Origin: Macrostomum lignano
Lineage: Eukaryota
Direction of reading: 5' to 3'
Assembly: GCA_002269645.1 (NCBI GenBank)
Contig: NIVC01000487.1
Span: 252,893 to 316,892 of the forward strand
DNA: 64,000 bases
Shown: positions 46,216 through 62,686 of the stretch, piece by piece
Layout: every line of letters starts with the position of its first letter
Position numbering within the stretch: position 1 is the stretch's first letter
The notes under the pieces: model-generated
Told to the model about the DNA's origin: nothing
The model's input: the letters and a program-made list of their open reading frames with translations, nothing else
Databases searched by the model: none
Translations under genes and position numbers: made by a program

Positions 46216-47054
46216 CTTGTCCGTCTCAATGTATTTCAGCCAGTATTACGTCACACTGCGCCCTACACTCTGCGAATGGCGTGCATCAACTCTCTAAATA
46301 ATTAATAGGCGAAAAACGAAGAACAAAAAATTGCCCCGTCAGTAAAAATGAAAACAGAAAATTAATTTAAGCCTGACTCATCCAGCCGAGGGGGGAAGGT
46401 AAATGGATTAGATCTGTCGCTGACCAGCTGGGTTCCCCCAGACTCCCAGCGTCATCCTGACCGCAGGTTCAGGTGAGCGAGCGAGTAAGGTAGGAGAAAT
46501 TGAAGACGTAAGATGCGTCCGAGTCCTGCTCAAATCCAAATGAAACACGACAGTCGGCCAGGCTGGGGGAATCGAGCTGTGGCCAGGCCCTGAGCAACCC
46601 GAGAGCAGGGCGGCCTGCCGCACACAGATAATAGCAGACCGGAGCAGCAGCTGAGAACCCCCGCGAGTATCTCAATGTATCGCCCTCTCGGTTGCAGGCA
46701 ATATTACGTAACTAGTTAAGGTAGGATTAATGCAGGAAGCTGGGAGCATCATCATCAACTCGGCTGCAGATGGCACGCATTTGGCGGCATGACTGAGTAA
46801 GTGGGCCGTCCCTGCTGCACAGGAATTCTGTCTCCCATCTCCCATGCTCAGCTTCCTCGCTGCTTGTGATGTAGGATGTAGCAGGCATTCGAAGCCAGTT
46901 GGTTGAGCAAGAGTTGACTCAGGTTCAATAGCAATAGCTTCTGGTTTCGTAGAAACTCACGAATCTCACGAAGATCTTACTGTTTTGTTGGTATCCACCC
47001 GTACCATGGGGCGCGGAGCAGCCCTGCGCCACGACTCCTGGTTCGCACTAATGA

Positions 47055-47274
47055 AGGCCAACTCCCAAGGCACAGTGAAGTGTACATGTCTGACGATTAG
47101 AAAGTCAGGGACGATGTACACCCTGTGTGAGAGTGCCTGCGTACGTATCCGCGCGCTTGTGTGCCTGCTCAGGGGAGTCGGCGGAATGGGCAGTAATGCC
47201 TCTCGCCGGTTGTGTGCCTATGTCGCTTAAAGTGCGCCAGGGTGCATACAAACCCCCTGCCTCTAATAAAAAAA
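47055..47274 (+). mobile_element. SINE copy (3' part), same family
   Basis: CAAGGCACAGTGAAGTGTACATG..AATGCCTCTCGCCGGTTGTG..CCTCTAATAAAAAAA. Confidence 0.65.
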
Positions 47275-47942
47275 TAGCTCTTAATCTTGGAATTGTGTTT
47301 AAAAAATCGGCCTTCAAAAAAGTTGTATTCAAGGTTAGAGAGGAGATTCGACAGCTCCGCTTGAAGCTTGGGACTGAAGTGGATGGTGGGTTGGAGATGA
47401 GACTGGGATGGAATTAATTCCTAAAAGTGTCAATTAAACTTTCTCGCCTTCAGCTGCAGCACTGAGATCGACAACAAATGGAGCTTTAAAAAATGCTTCA
47501 GACTCATGGGAATTGGGAAATCCAGCGCCTGGTATCTTGAAGGGAAGAGAGGTTCGAACTCGACACGGCCTGGCGGCGGTAATTGTGTATAGTGTGCCAG
47601 AGTGGGCGAGTGAAATAGAAGTACAAATTGCCTGGCAGTTGGCCCAAGTGTCTCGAAGAGTTCGTGCTCGCCGGGAAACCGAGTGGGAAGAGACTAATTG
47701 CGATGGTGTTGGGAAAAGGGGGGATGGCGGAATGGGGAGAAAGTCGAGGAAATTAGAATGGAGCTGCTGGGAAGGGGAGATTCTGTGCCTCCTTCATCCT
47801 TGTCCCCGCCTGTCCGTTCCCTGGCTGCTGGCCCCCCAAACACATTGGGCAAAAATGTTGTCAGTCAGCAGGGTGTGGGAGAATTCTCGATCGAATCCAG
47901 TTTTTATCCTCAGAAGATTATATAAAAATCGTTAATAAAGTC

Positions 47943-48485
47943 TTAGTGACGGATCCAAATGGGTCTGAGGGGTCAACTGACCCCTTCAGAGAAAATCAAC
48001 AGCGTCATATGACCACCCCGGAGACTCAGAGAAGCCCTATTATTTAGCTTTTTTGATAGTAATTTAGAGATTCTAATTCTGTATAATCTATATTCGAGTT
48101 TGGAGCCAGTGTCGGATCTACAGGGGTCAGCTGACCTCTCTCCAAGAAAATCAGGGGCTCATGACCACTCCTCCTCCCCTCATTAAAAATTTATCTCTTT
48201 GGTTTTGATTTAACTTGGGGTTTCTCGTCTCGTTGTTTAAATTTGCCGACCGTGGCGGATCCAAGGCGGGTGGGGGGTCGAGGGAGTGAGATGACCACCC
48301 CCAGGGAGGTCTAGGGAGTCAGCTTACCTCCCCGGAAGGGGTCGAGGGAGTCAGTTGACCTCCCCGATCGAAGGAGCTATCTGATTACCCCAGGGGAGGG
48401 GTAGGGTTGGGGGAGTCAGCTGATCAACCCGGGGGTCGAGGGAGTCAGCTGACCCCCCGGGGACAATCGTGGATCGGCCCTAGTC
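47943..48485. mobile_element. Cluster of MITE-like modules with GTGGCGGATCCA-type ends and GGGGTCA(G/A)CTGACCCC palindromes
   Basis: Three related left ends (about 47945, 48108, 48251) and an inverted TGGATCGGCCCT near 48470. Confidence 0.4.
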
Positions 48486-49324
48486 AGCCATGGCGGAATG
48501 GAGGCTCTCGTAAAAAATGCCTCACGCGAGCTGAGCAGTCGCGTGGACCAGCGGATTAGCGCTAATCCAGCGAGCGAGGAATAGCAAAATGAAGGGGTCT
48601 GCTGAGGGGGTCAGGGGACAAACAAATGGCTAGAAATTCCTATCCGATTGAAGATAATTAGTTTCAGTCCCTCGGCAAAAACAACAAGCCCGCCGAATTC
48701 AAATCTGCTTGGCCTGACCCGGCCGTTTCTAGGAAATTTCTGCGCGATAAAACAAAAAATGCTATTTTTTGGTTTGGTTTGACGAGGGGAAATCGAAAAT
48801 TTAAATCCGCTCAGCTTTTAGCTTTTTTCCTCTCTCTCGTAACTCATCGGATTGGGGTGCTTGTGCTTTTTCGGTTCAGATTGCTTTTTTATAGTTTCCA
48901 GGTTGTACCATTCTGTGCCTGCTCACCTCGCTTGAAATGCTAAAGGATTATGTTGCTGAGTTCAGGATTAGCGGCAGTCCCACTCATCCACGCTGAGGGG
49001 CAACAGCATTGGGGAAAATCTTCCCAAAGTACTTTCTTGTACCAGCTATACAATGCAAGCAGATTGTGGCTCAAGTCTCTCCAGCAGATTGATGCGATTT
49101 CTCTTGTATACTTGACCCTCCCCCTTCTGGAGCAGATCCCGCTGATGCTCAATCAGTACGCCGCATGCCTCTGGCCCCAAATCTTGAAATTTATGACTGA
49201 GTTGGCCTCAGCCTGCTCAGCTTCTTCTCAAGGCATCGATCATGCAGGATGAGCAGCACTTTCTTGCATAAAAAACATGACAGCTCAGCGAGTGCTGGCC
49301 GAGTGATGAGCTTGGATCTGTGTA

Positions 49325-50388
49325 GGCTTCACAACACTCAGCTTCAAAAACCTCGTAGCTTCACAACCATCATAGCTTCACAGCCCTCGTAGTTTCACAA
49401 CCCTCGTAGCTTCCCAACCATCATAGCTTCACAACCCTCGTAGCTTCACAACCTTCGTAGCTTCACAACCCTCGTAGCTTCACAACCTTCGTAGCTTCAC
49501 AACCCTCGTAGCTTCACAACCTTCGTAGCTTCACAACCCTCGTAGCTTCACAACCCTCGTAGCTTCACAACCCGTGTAGCTTCACAAACCGTGTAGCTTC
49601 ACAACCCTCATAGCTTCACAACACTCAGCTTCACAACCCTCGTGTAGCTTCACAACCCTCGTGTAGCTTCACAACCCTCGTAGCTTCACAACCCTCGTAG
49701 CTTCACAACCCTCGTAGCTACACAACCCTCGTAGCTACACAACCCTCGTAGCTTCACAACCCTCGTAGCTTCACAACCCTCGTAGCTTCACAACCCTCGT
49801 AGCTTCACAACCCTCGTAGCTTCCCAACCATCATAGCTTCACAACCCTCGTAGCTTCACAACCTTCGTAGCTTCACAACCCTCGTAGCTTCACAACCTTC
49901 GTAGCTTCACAACCCTCGTAGCTTCACAACCTTCGTAGCTTCACAACCCTCGTAGCTTCACAACCCTCGTAGCTTCACAACCCGTGTAGCTTCACAAACC
50001 GTGTAGCTTCACAACCCTCATAGCTTCACAACACTCAGCTTCACAACCCTCGTGTAGCTTCACAACCCTCGTGTAGCTTCACAACCCTCGTAGCTTCACA
50101 ACCCTCGTAGCTTCACAACCCTCGTAGCTACACAACCCTCGTAGCTACACAACCCTCGTAGCTTCACAACCCTCGTAGCTTCACAACCCTCGTAGCTTCA
50201 CAACCCTCGTAGCTACACAACCCTCGTAGCTTCACAACCCGTGTAGCTTCACAAACCGTGTAGCTTCACAACCCTCATAGCTTCACAACCCTCGTAGCTT
50301 CACAACCCGTGTAGCTTCACAACCCTCGTAGCTTCACAACCCGTGTAGCTTCACAACCCGTGTAGCTTCACAACCCTCGTAGCTTCAA
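49325..50388. repeat. 17-bp CACAACCCTCGTAGCTT array
   Basis: Read directly; 410-bp higher-order period. Confidence 0.95.
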
Positions 50389-51767
50389 AAAGTAAAATCT
50401 AATAAGTTTCACAGCCTCTAAAGTGTCAAGCCTTAGCTACACAAAACTGACAACTCAAGGCGCTGTTTAGCTATTCTGTTTGACAACTCAAACTAGAACA
50501 GCTGAGTTCACGCTCCCAACTCAGCACTTTGCGCCAAGCAACCAGCTCACTGCATCATCTGGCAGAGTCTCAAGAAGGCCTTGGCATCGTCGGGCCCACA
50601 ATGCCCGGTGCCGGAAGACGCTACCGATCGTAAATCAGACGCGCTGAGAGGCTGAGGCAGGCGCTCAGATCTCATTCTTCATCAGCCACCCCCCTCCTCT
50701 CTCTGATCTGATTGTCGGCAGCTCTATTGAGAGACCCGACTCCCGCTTGACCCCCGGCACCCCCTGCACTGTCTGCTTCCAGCTGCTGGCCAGTTCTCTC
50801 TTCCGGCGGCTGTGGAGGCTGCCTGGGACAGAAGAGTTCAGAGGATTAGGAAGCGGTTAATCCATCACTGGGCCGGGACCGCAGGCGGCCTATACCTAAT
50901 TGAATTAAGCGCCAGGTTTAATGGCCAGCCGCCCGGGTCGCAGATGCCGAGCCTGTTTGAAAATCCGCCGTCTTCTCCCTCGCCTCTCAGTGGCGATGAA
51001 AAATCCCCAAATAGGAAATTGGGGGAAAGGGGATCGAAGCGGAGAGAGAGAAGAGCCGACTGTAAGAAGGATTAATCATTTTTCTGTTATTTTTCCCTCG
51101 AATTTGTCCGCCGAGAATTCGCAGAGAGGGAAAGAGGCAAATTAACTGAAAATTTGTTTATTCCTTCTTTGCCAAGAGGAAATTGGAGATGAAAAATCGA
51201 GGGGGGGGGTCCATCAGTCTCACAAAGGACCGAAAAAACTGAAAAATCACTTCTTCAAACAGGCCAGCACGCAACTGGGACTCCTCGGGATCCCGGAGAC
51301 AATCTGCAGCATCAGTCTCGGGATTCTGAGGACTGCTCACTGGGGACAGCTCTGACACGCACTGTCAGGAATGATATCCTTCAGGGAGAATGTTTTTGGC
51401 GACTGGGGCTGCTTGTTGTCACAACTGGGGACCAGTTGTAGCCATTCTCACTCTTGCTAATAGGCTCACGACATCCATTTCTGTCCCAAACGAAAGCGTA
51501 GCGTCTGCCTGTGTGTGTTCAGGATGGGCTCCCAATTATCAGGTGTCCTGACTATCCACTGTGTTCTGGGGTGCGCAGAGGTGACTGGGGGTCGGACCGC
51601 GATCTCTCGCACCTGTACAAACACGTGTCCCCGCCCCCACAGCCTGCATGCCACTTGGCTGCTACACGACAGCTTGGGAGACGGCCCTGCCCTGCCCAGG
51701 GCCACGCCTCCTCCTTGCTCACCTAAAGTTGACAAGGCTCAGTGGCGTGTTTGCAGTGAGTCCCGGA

Positions 51768-51815
<48 letters not shown>

Positions 51816-52099
51816 GTCTTTCAACTCTTCTCGACTAATTGAAGCCAAAAGCCGTGCAGGCAGTTTAACCAAAGCCCGCGCAATGTGTTGCAGCTCCGAG
51901 TGGCTGCGCCAATGAAAGCGGGAAAGCTATAAACTTTTAAAGCACCTTGTCTGGAAGCTTTTAGCTAGAGAAAAATTGAGAGAAACGACAGCTAATGCTT
52001 CGTAATTGGAGAATTTGGAATTTAGAGGCACTTTTTTGGGGGAAGAATTATTTAAAAAGGACTTCTGGAAAGGAGAGATTTCAGGGGGAATTCTCATTC

Positions 52100-52620
52100 T
52101 CGAGGTAGACTAAGTGAGACTGCCAGGGTAGACTCTCAAGTGAGACTCCCAGGGTTAGACTTTCGGAGGAGACTCTCAGGAAGACCCTCAGGGTAGACTC
52201 TCAAGTGAGACTGTCAGGGTTAGACTCTCAAGTGAGACTGCCAGGGTAGACTCTCAAGTGAGACTCCCAGGGTTAGACTTTCGGAGGAGACTCTCAGGAA
52301 GACCCTCAGGGTAGACTCTCAAGTGAGACTGTCAGGGTTAGACTTTCAAGTGAGACTCGCAGGGTAGACTCTCAAGTGAGACTGCCAGGGTAGACTCTCA
52401 AGTGAGACTCGCAGGGTAGACTCTCAAGTGAGACTGCCAGGGTAGACTCTCAGTGAGACTCCCAGATTTAGACTTTCGGAGGAGACTCTCAGGAAGACCC
52501 TCAGGGTAGACTCTCAAGTGAGACTGTCAGGGTTAGACTCTCAAGTGAGACTGCCAAGGTAGACTCTCAAGTGAGACTCCTAGGGTTAGACTCTCGGAAG
52601 AGACTCTCATGAGAACTCTC
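52100..52620. repeat. 26-bp GGGTAGACTCTCAAGTGAGACTGCCA array
   Basis: Read directly. Confidence 0.9.
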
Positions 52621-54093
52621 AGATTTGATTCTAAGGAGTGTCTCCCATGAGACCAAAGGGACTCCCAGACTCTCAAAAAGACTCTCAGGGAAAGTGTCAC
52701 ACAGACAATTAGGGGAGGTCACTCCCAGGGGGACGAGAGACACCCAAGAGAGACTCTCTCAGAGAACTCTTGGAACAATCATAAACATGAGCATGCTTTT
52801 TTGCTTGAACCATTGTCACTTGTAATTCTATCGAAAATCGTAAACGTTAATTATAACTGAGTCGTTTGTAACTCTGTATGGACTCTGTAAAAAAGGAAAC
52901 AGTCAATCCTATTCAGAATGATACACACTAATTTCCCTGTTGCTACCCTGTTGCCAGGCGGATAAATTCCAAGCGTGTAATGATATAGATAGATAGACAA
53001 AGAGGTCGGTCGTTACGTTATTCAGTCAATTCGAAACAGGCTAAAGCGATTTAGAAGCGATGGAGACAGACAGTCAGCCACATCAACCAACCCATTCCCA
53101 TGGGGAGACCCGGGAGCTCGCCAAATAATTACAAATTTTCCCCTCTCTCGCTTCTTTCTCTGCCTTTCGATAAACCGTTGGGAGCTTTTCAATTTTTCTC
53201 ATTAGCTGACATTAGTGTGGCACAGCAAGGGGGCCGCAGTGACGGACAGATGTGGTGGGGAGTCTGCATATCTGCATGGCGTTGGCATGTCAATGGGGCT
53301 GGTTGGCAACTATAGCTTGGAATAGCTACATAGTCTCCAGCATTCTGATTCACTCTCAAGTCCTCAAGGGAGGGAATTGGCTGTAGCTCTTCCTCTGGCT
53401 AGCGGTATAACTTGAGTGCACAAATCCCGATCGGACTGGCGCCAATGTTTTAACGGATTTGAGAAACCCTTGATGCGAATTTTATGCTGAAACGGAAACC
53501 GGCAACGATTCTGAAACTGGTCATGACTAAACCCTGACAGAAGGCTTCTTTCTCTCCCTCCCTGACCTGCTCACGCTCGGGCAAAACGCTACAAAAGCAG
53601 AGGGGAGTCTGGTCGTGTTCGTGCGTCAGCTCGTCACTCGCTTTCCTGTTTCTGAAGCCCCACACCGAGTTACGAGACTTATTCTCATTAATTCATATGA
53701 GCTATAGTATTCGTTATTAATAACCGTCTTTATGAAAGTCGAACTGGAGGTTTGCGCGTGACGCAACAGCATACGGAAAACTGGGCTGGTATGGCGTGGA
53801 CTCATCGGGCCGTGAAAAGTTGAGAGAAGAGGAGAGAGAGAGAGCCTCGTGAGTCCCGGTACTGGGGCTAGACTTGAGCTTCAAGAGTCGTCGGGCCTCT
53901 CACTCTCGTTCTATTTCTCCTGCACGACATGCTTTTTGACAGAATGCGATTCATAGATTCTGGGTTGTCAAGATGACAAATTTGCATTGTACAACTGGCT
54001 TCGATCCATTGAGAGAATCATCAATCAGCAATACAGATGCAGATATGGTGAGGGTGTTTCGCTTCCTAGGAATTAGTGACTGCCGGTTCTCTA

Positions 54094-55218
<1,125 letters not shown>

Positions 55219-55544
55219 TTGCGTGTTACCCATTTTTTTATTTTTACCCGGCTTGCGAACGAAAAAAAGCGGAATTTAAGCCAAGCTTCAAACCGGCATT
55301 CCATTAGATTGGCATCGATCCAGTTAAATTGAAAATTTCTAAATTACAGTACTTGAAGCTTCAAGGCCCCAATACACCCGAGGGCAGTTCAGCTATTCAG
55401 ATTCGTATCAAAGCTTTTACGTAACTCGAAATTTGAATTTGACTCAGTGGGGCAAGCAGGTCACAAATGCGTACGACTGCCAAGAGGAGAGATTTTAGCG
55501 AAATTTGAAGGCCAATGCTTTGTATACGATTATCTGATTGCAGA

Positions 55545-55835
55545 GGAATCTACCCAGTTAGGAATAGAGCCTACCCAGCTCGGAGTGTAGAACCTACCCA
55601 GATCGGTGTATAGAACCTACCCAGATCGGAGTATAAAACCTACCCAGATCGGATTGTAGAACCTACCCAGATCGGAGTATAGAACCTACTCAGATCGGAG
55701 TATAGAACCTACCCAGATCGCAGTATAGAACCTACCCAGATCGGTGTGTAGAACCTACCCAGATGGGTGTATAGAACCTACCCAGATCCGAGTAGAACCT
55801 ACCCAGATCAGAGTAGAACCTACCCAGTTCGGAGT
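55545..55835. repeat. 23-bp AGAACCTACCCAGATCGGAGTAT array
   Basis: Read directly. Confidence 0.9.
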
Positions 55836-56879
55836 AGAACTAATAGAACCAAAGAAGAAGCAATAAATTATTATTGTGTACTATAAAAGAGCCGCTAAAT
55901 AAACTTCTACTGAAAGCAGGAGCTACGATAGCTTCAGCCCGGTGGTTAAGCAATAAAACTGGAGCCCTACCAACTTTAATAGCTTACCTAGATTAGCAAT
56001 TATGATGATGAACAAAGAGGTTCTCGGGTAATTTCCCCAATTTAATGTCTTTATAGAAGCTTCCAAAGTAAGTCCCTTTTGTGCTGACCAGGATAGCCTA
56101 CTTCCGGGGATCTGCCATTATTGGTATTCCCCAATATGGCCTTCCCTCCATATCAGATTAAATTAACGCGGGATAAAATCTCATGAAGAAAAAAACCGGC
56201 AGAACAGCCAACCCCTCCCCAGCATCAGAAATTAAGTGACGTAATATTTTTGGCCCGATGAAAAAAAGTTGAATTTCACGAGCAGCCAGAGTCCGAGACA
56301 CTCTCACCCCCGAGGGGCTTCGACTGGGATTAAGAGGCAGGACAGGGGGAGACGGTGAGAGGTGCGAGAGGCGGATGATATCAAGAAGGCAAAGAGAAAG
56401 GGTAAATGATGCCAAAATTCGAATTAGGCTTGGCCCAATCTCCCATTTCTTGGCCGGCCGGCCGTAATCAGCAACAGCAGCAGCGGCCGCCAGGGTTAAC
56501 CATTTTATTGGGGGGGGGGGGCTTGGACCCCCTCAGGACTCAGCGGGGAAGAAAGAAACCGGGGCAAAGAATTTGAGCACAGTCTCTGCCTTCTTATCTT
56601 GGAAAATGGAGGGTTTCCATTTTGAAATCCCCCTGAGAGAGTGAGAGGGGGTGGGGTGGAAACGTGATACCAGGAGAGAGAAGAGAAGAGAGCGGAGAGC
56701 GGGATGAGACGTCTTCTTGGTCATTTTATTCCCACAGTAACCGGTTTCCGCGGCTTATCCTCGCCTTCTCAAGAAAGTATTCGCATGATCGCATCAAAAC
56801 GCATCGGGGAATTTCCATTCTGTCCCGTCTAATCGTAAAACTACCCTTCAAAATCTTTCATATTTTTTCTCAAATCTTT

Positions 56880-57926
<1,047 letters not shown>

Positions 57927-58467
57927 TGCTTTCCTTCACCTCAGCACCCAAAAATATCACGTGAGCAAGTCTATCCCAGGCTTGAACCTGTTTAAACAAT
58001 GCAGTTAGCTTAGCCAGAGGTAAGCAAAATCGAAGCCGAGTTTTGTGGACTCCGAGCCGCAACTCAGTGGAGCAGCAGCGGATCGGTTACAAATTTTGGT
58101 GGGGGTGGGTAGAAAAACGGGGATGCTAGCTGCCACTGCTCTGCTCAGCTTTGGAAATCCTAGCTCGGTTGGTACACGGAACCAGTGCGCGATTGTTGAG
58201 CAATAAACAGGATTTCGATCCTTGAACAGGCGTCTTTGCCTATTGTGAAACTCTGCTCAGGCGGGGCTGCCTGTGAGAAGCTTGGGCTATGGGTTGGCTG
58301 GCAAGTCAGTGCATGGGCAGATTGTCTCTAGATTGAATGCTCCAGCGTGGACAATAGCAATCGGTGTAGAGTGATACGGAGCGCGGGGCTTGCCTACCAG
58401 ATTGGCAATAAATGGAATCGATGGCCCGCGATTAATTATTCAACTACTAGGAAACTGCTCAGCATGA

Positions 58468-60181
<1,714 letters not shown>

Positions 60182-60524
60182 TTCAGCACTCACCTGTATT
60201 TGGATTCAAACCGCCACAGTGAGGTTCAATGCTTGGGCTGCCTCGGTCTGATGCAGAGCAAGAGCAATCAATGAACGGCTTTGTCAGCAATCCAAAATGG
60301 AATTGGGATACCAGAGGCCCGTCTTTTTGTCTTAAACCGAGTGAATGTCATTGGTTGCATTCTCCCAGCCAATTGCAAGGCAATATTATCGCGGGTTTTA
60401 TGTTTACTACTTATAACAGAATGGAAAGCAGTAGTCACAAAGGAGCATTCATAGTATCAAGTAGTTTTTGTTGTAGCAAGAAAATATGCTAAATAACAAC
60501 AGAACAACACATAACTTTCGTTTC

Positions 60525-61885
60525 GTCTGGTTTTCGGCGGATCGTTGTGGTCTAAAGCTCTCTGAGACTAAGACTGCAGTGATCATGTTCACCAGCAGGA
60601 CCAAGTGGCAGATTCGGCCGCTCACGCTTTACGGAAGGGATATCCCCCTCTGCAAGCAGACTAAATGCCTAGGTATTACCCTGGACCACAGGCTGAACTG
60701 GTCACCCCACGTTCAAGCGAAAGCCAAAAGGGTCCTCGCATGTCCTCGCACAGCTGCGCAGGGCCGTCGGCACCACCTGGGGGCTCACCCCCCAAGCGTC
60801 TCTAGTGGATCTACACTGCAATGGATAGGCCTGCTATCTCATACGGCGGCCTGATCTGGGCTAGCGCCATGCAGATGAAGACCTGCCTGGAGGCTCTCAG
60901 GAGAGCGCAAGGGCGTGCATGCCGTATGATCATGAGCGCCCCCGTCTGCTCCTTACGATGGCCTCAACGCCTTCCTCAACATTCCCCCGCTGGACATCTT
61001 TGTCCGCAGGGAAGCGGCTAAGTCTCCCACCGTCTGATTTACGCCAGCATTCGTTTCCTGCCCAATAGAGCCATGGCGAAGCGCAAGCTCCTGCCTCACG
61101 CCGACCTCTGCCTCAAAGACTTGAGAGACAGCGGCGGGCTCCACGTCTTACCTGACGGCGAACCCCGCATTCTCAACCTCCTTCAGCGCTACAAGGTCAC
61201 CATCCCCTCTAGGGATGCTGCCACTGACCACAGGAATTTCCAGGAGGTGGATTGGTACACGGATGGATCCATCAAAGCTACGCCGGCTTTGGGTCTGCAT
61301 CATAATCAACGGCCGCGTCGTTGCCACGCATGCCCAGCACACTGGCAGACTCTCCACGATCTTTCAGAACGAAGTCCTTGCTATCAGCTCCTGTGAAGCA
61401 AAATCGGAAGGATATCCGAGCCCTTGTCATGACCTTCACTGGCCATGGCTACCTCGCTAGGCACTGCTTCCTCCTAGGCGATCTCGAGAGCGAACTTTGC
61501 CTCTTTTGCGAGTACGACAATGAAGATGCTCAGCACTTTGTTTGTCACTGCCCTTTCTTTACCAGAGACCGGCTACGCTACCTCGGGCCGAACCCGTCCA
61601 TTGACGAGGTCTGCCAGCCCGACAGCATCTCACGGCTCATCCAGTTCCTTCGGGCGACAAGACGAGCCACATTCTTCCCCACGGAAGATCACGCTGCAGG
61701 ACGGACCGGCGGACCACCCTGACCGCCCCCACGCCTCTGCCTGTCTGCGGGCCTTCAGGGGCTAGCGGAATGGGCGACCCTCGCCTCCCCGCTGTGTCTA
61801 CGAACCACCCTGCAGCTAAATCAAGTGAGTCTGTCTGGTTTGCTCTCATTAGGTGCCGCCCGCCGATAAAAGTGCGTCTGTCTGT
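60525..61885 (+). mobile_element. Degenerate 5'-truncated LINE: RT thumb, partial RNase H (WYTDGS) with internal deletion, C-terminal zinc knuckle
   Basis: GLKLSETKT..KCLGITLDHRLNW; EVDWYTDGS; FTGHGYLARH..CLFC..EDAQHFVCHCP; several frameshifts. Confidence 0.85.
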
Positions 61886-61889
61886 TTGC

Positions 61890-62160
61890 TTTCAGAGCCT
61901 AGCACAGTGGCGTAGAGTAGTGCGCGCCTGTCCCTGCCGGTAGGGTGCCTACAGCGTCAGCAGCAGCATCTCCTGCACCGGCTGCGGGCAGTAGGACTCG
62001 GCAGGGATGATGCGGCCTGGGACAGGACAGCCCTGTGCTGCCATACAGTGCCGCATTGGTGACTCGCTCTTGAAGGTGGCGCGCAGCAGGCCAGCACGCG
62101 CCGCCTCGACCTGCTGTTCGAGCGATTCCGTCAGCGTCCCGGTCTCGGCGCATTGTACAA
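61890..62160 (-). mobile_element. Second RTE-type LINE 3' fragment
   Basis: LYNA.ETGTLTESLEQQVEAARAGLLRATFK..AESYCPQPVQEMLLLTL; same family as 419-755. Confidence 0.7.
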
Positions 62161-62164
62161 CAGG

Positions 62165-62392
62165 ACGGTCTCGATGGGGGGGCATCAAAAACCCGAAAAT
62201 CACAACTCCGAAAGTTCTAGCAATGTCCAACACTATTTTGGTTTTCGGAGTTATGATATTTCGGGTTTATGATGTGTGTTGCTATCAATTTCGGAGTTAT
62301 GATACTTCGGGTTGGTGATATTTCGGGTTTATGATATTACAGGTTTATGATATTAAAGGTTCATGATATTTCGGGTTTATGATGGCGACCCG
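62165..62392. mobile_element. Small foldback/MITE-like element with 16-bp subterminal modules
   Basis: CATCAAAAACCCGAAAAT at left is inverted relative to repeated TATTTCGGGTTTATGAT at right; ends GACGG..CCGTC; no TSD seen. Confidence 0.45.
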
Positions 62393-62526
62393 TCTTGATC
62401 ACCGCCAGGTAAGGCATTGGACTGCAGGAAAGCCTTCACGGAACAAGAGGCAGCTCAGGCAAGTTCACGGCGACGTCGCAGATCCTACTAGCGACCGTCA
62501 AGCACTGGAACGCCGAGGTAGACGAA

Positions 62527-62686
62527 CTGACACTGTACTTAGCTCTGATTGGCTGAAACAGAAACAGCACTGACATTGTACTTAGCTCTGATTGGCTGAC
62601 ACAGAAACAGCACTGACATTGTACTTAGCTCTGATTGGCTGACACAGAAACAGCACTGACATTGTACTTAGCTCTGATTGGCTGAC
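62527..62686. repeat. 43-bp tandem repeat, about 3.5 copies
   Basis: CTTAGCTCTGATTGGCTGA at 62538 and 62581. Confidence 0.88.

Noticed and set aside
48940-49252. Overlapping 100-aa and 70-aa ORFs
   Set aside because: No recognisable motif or exon boundaries; cannot be supported.
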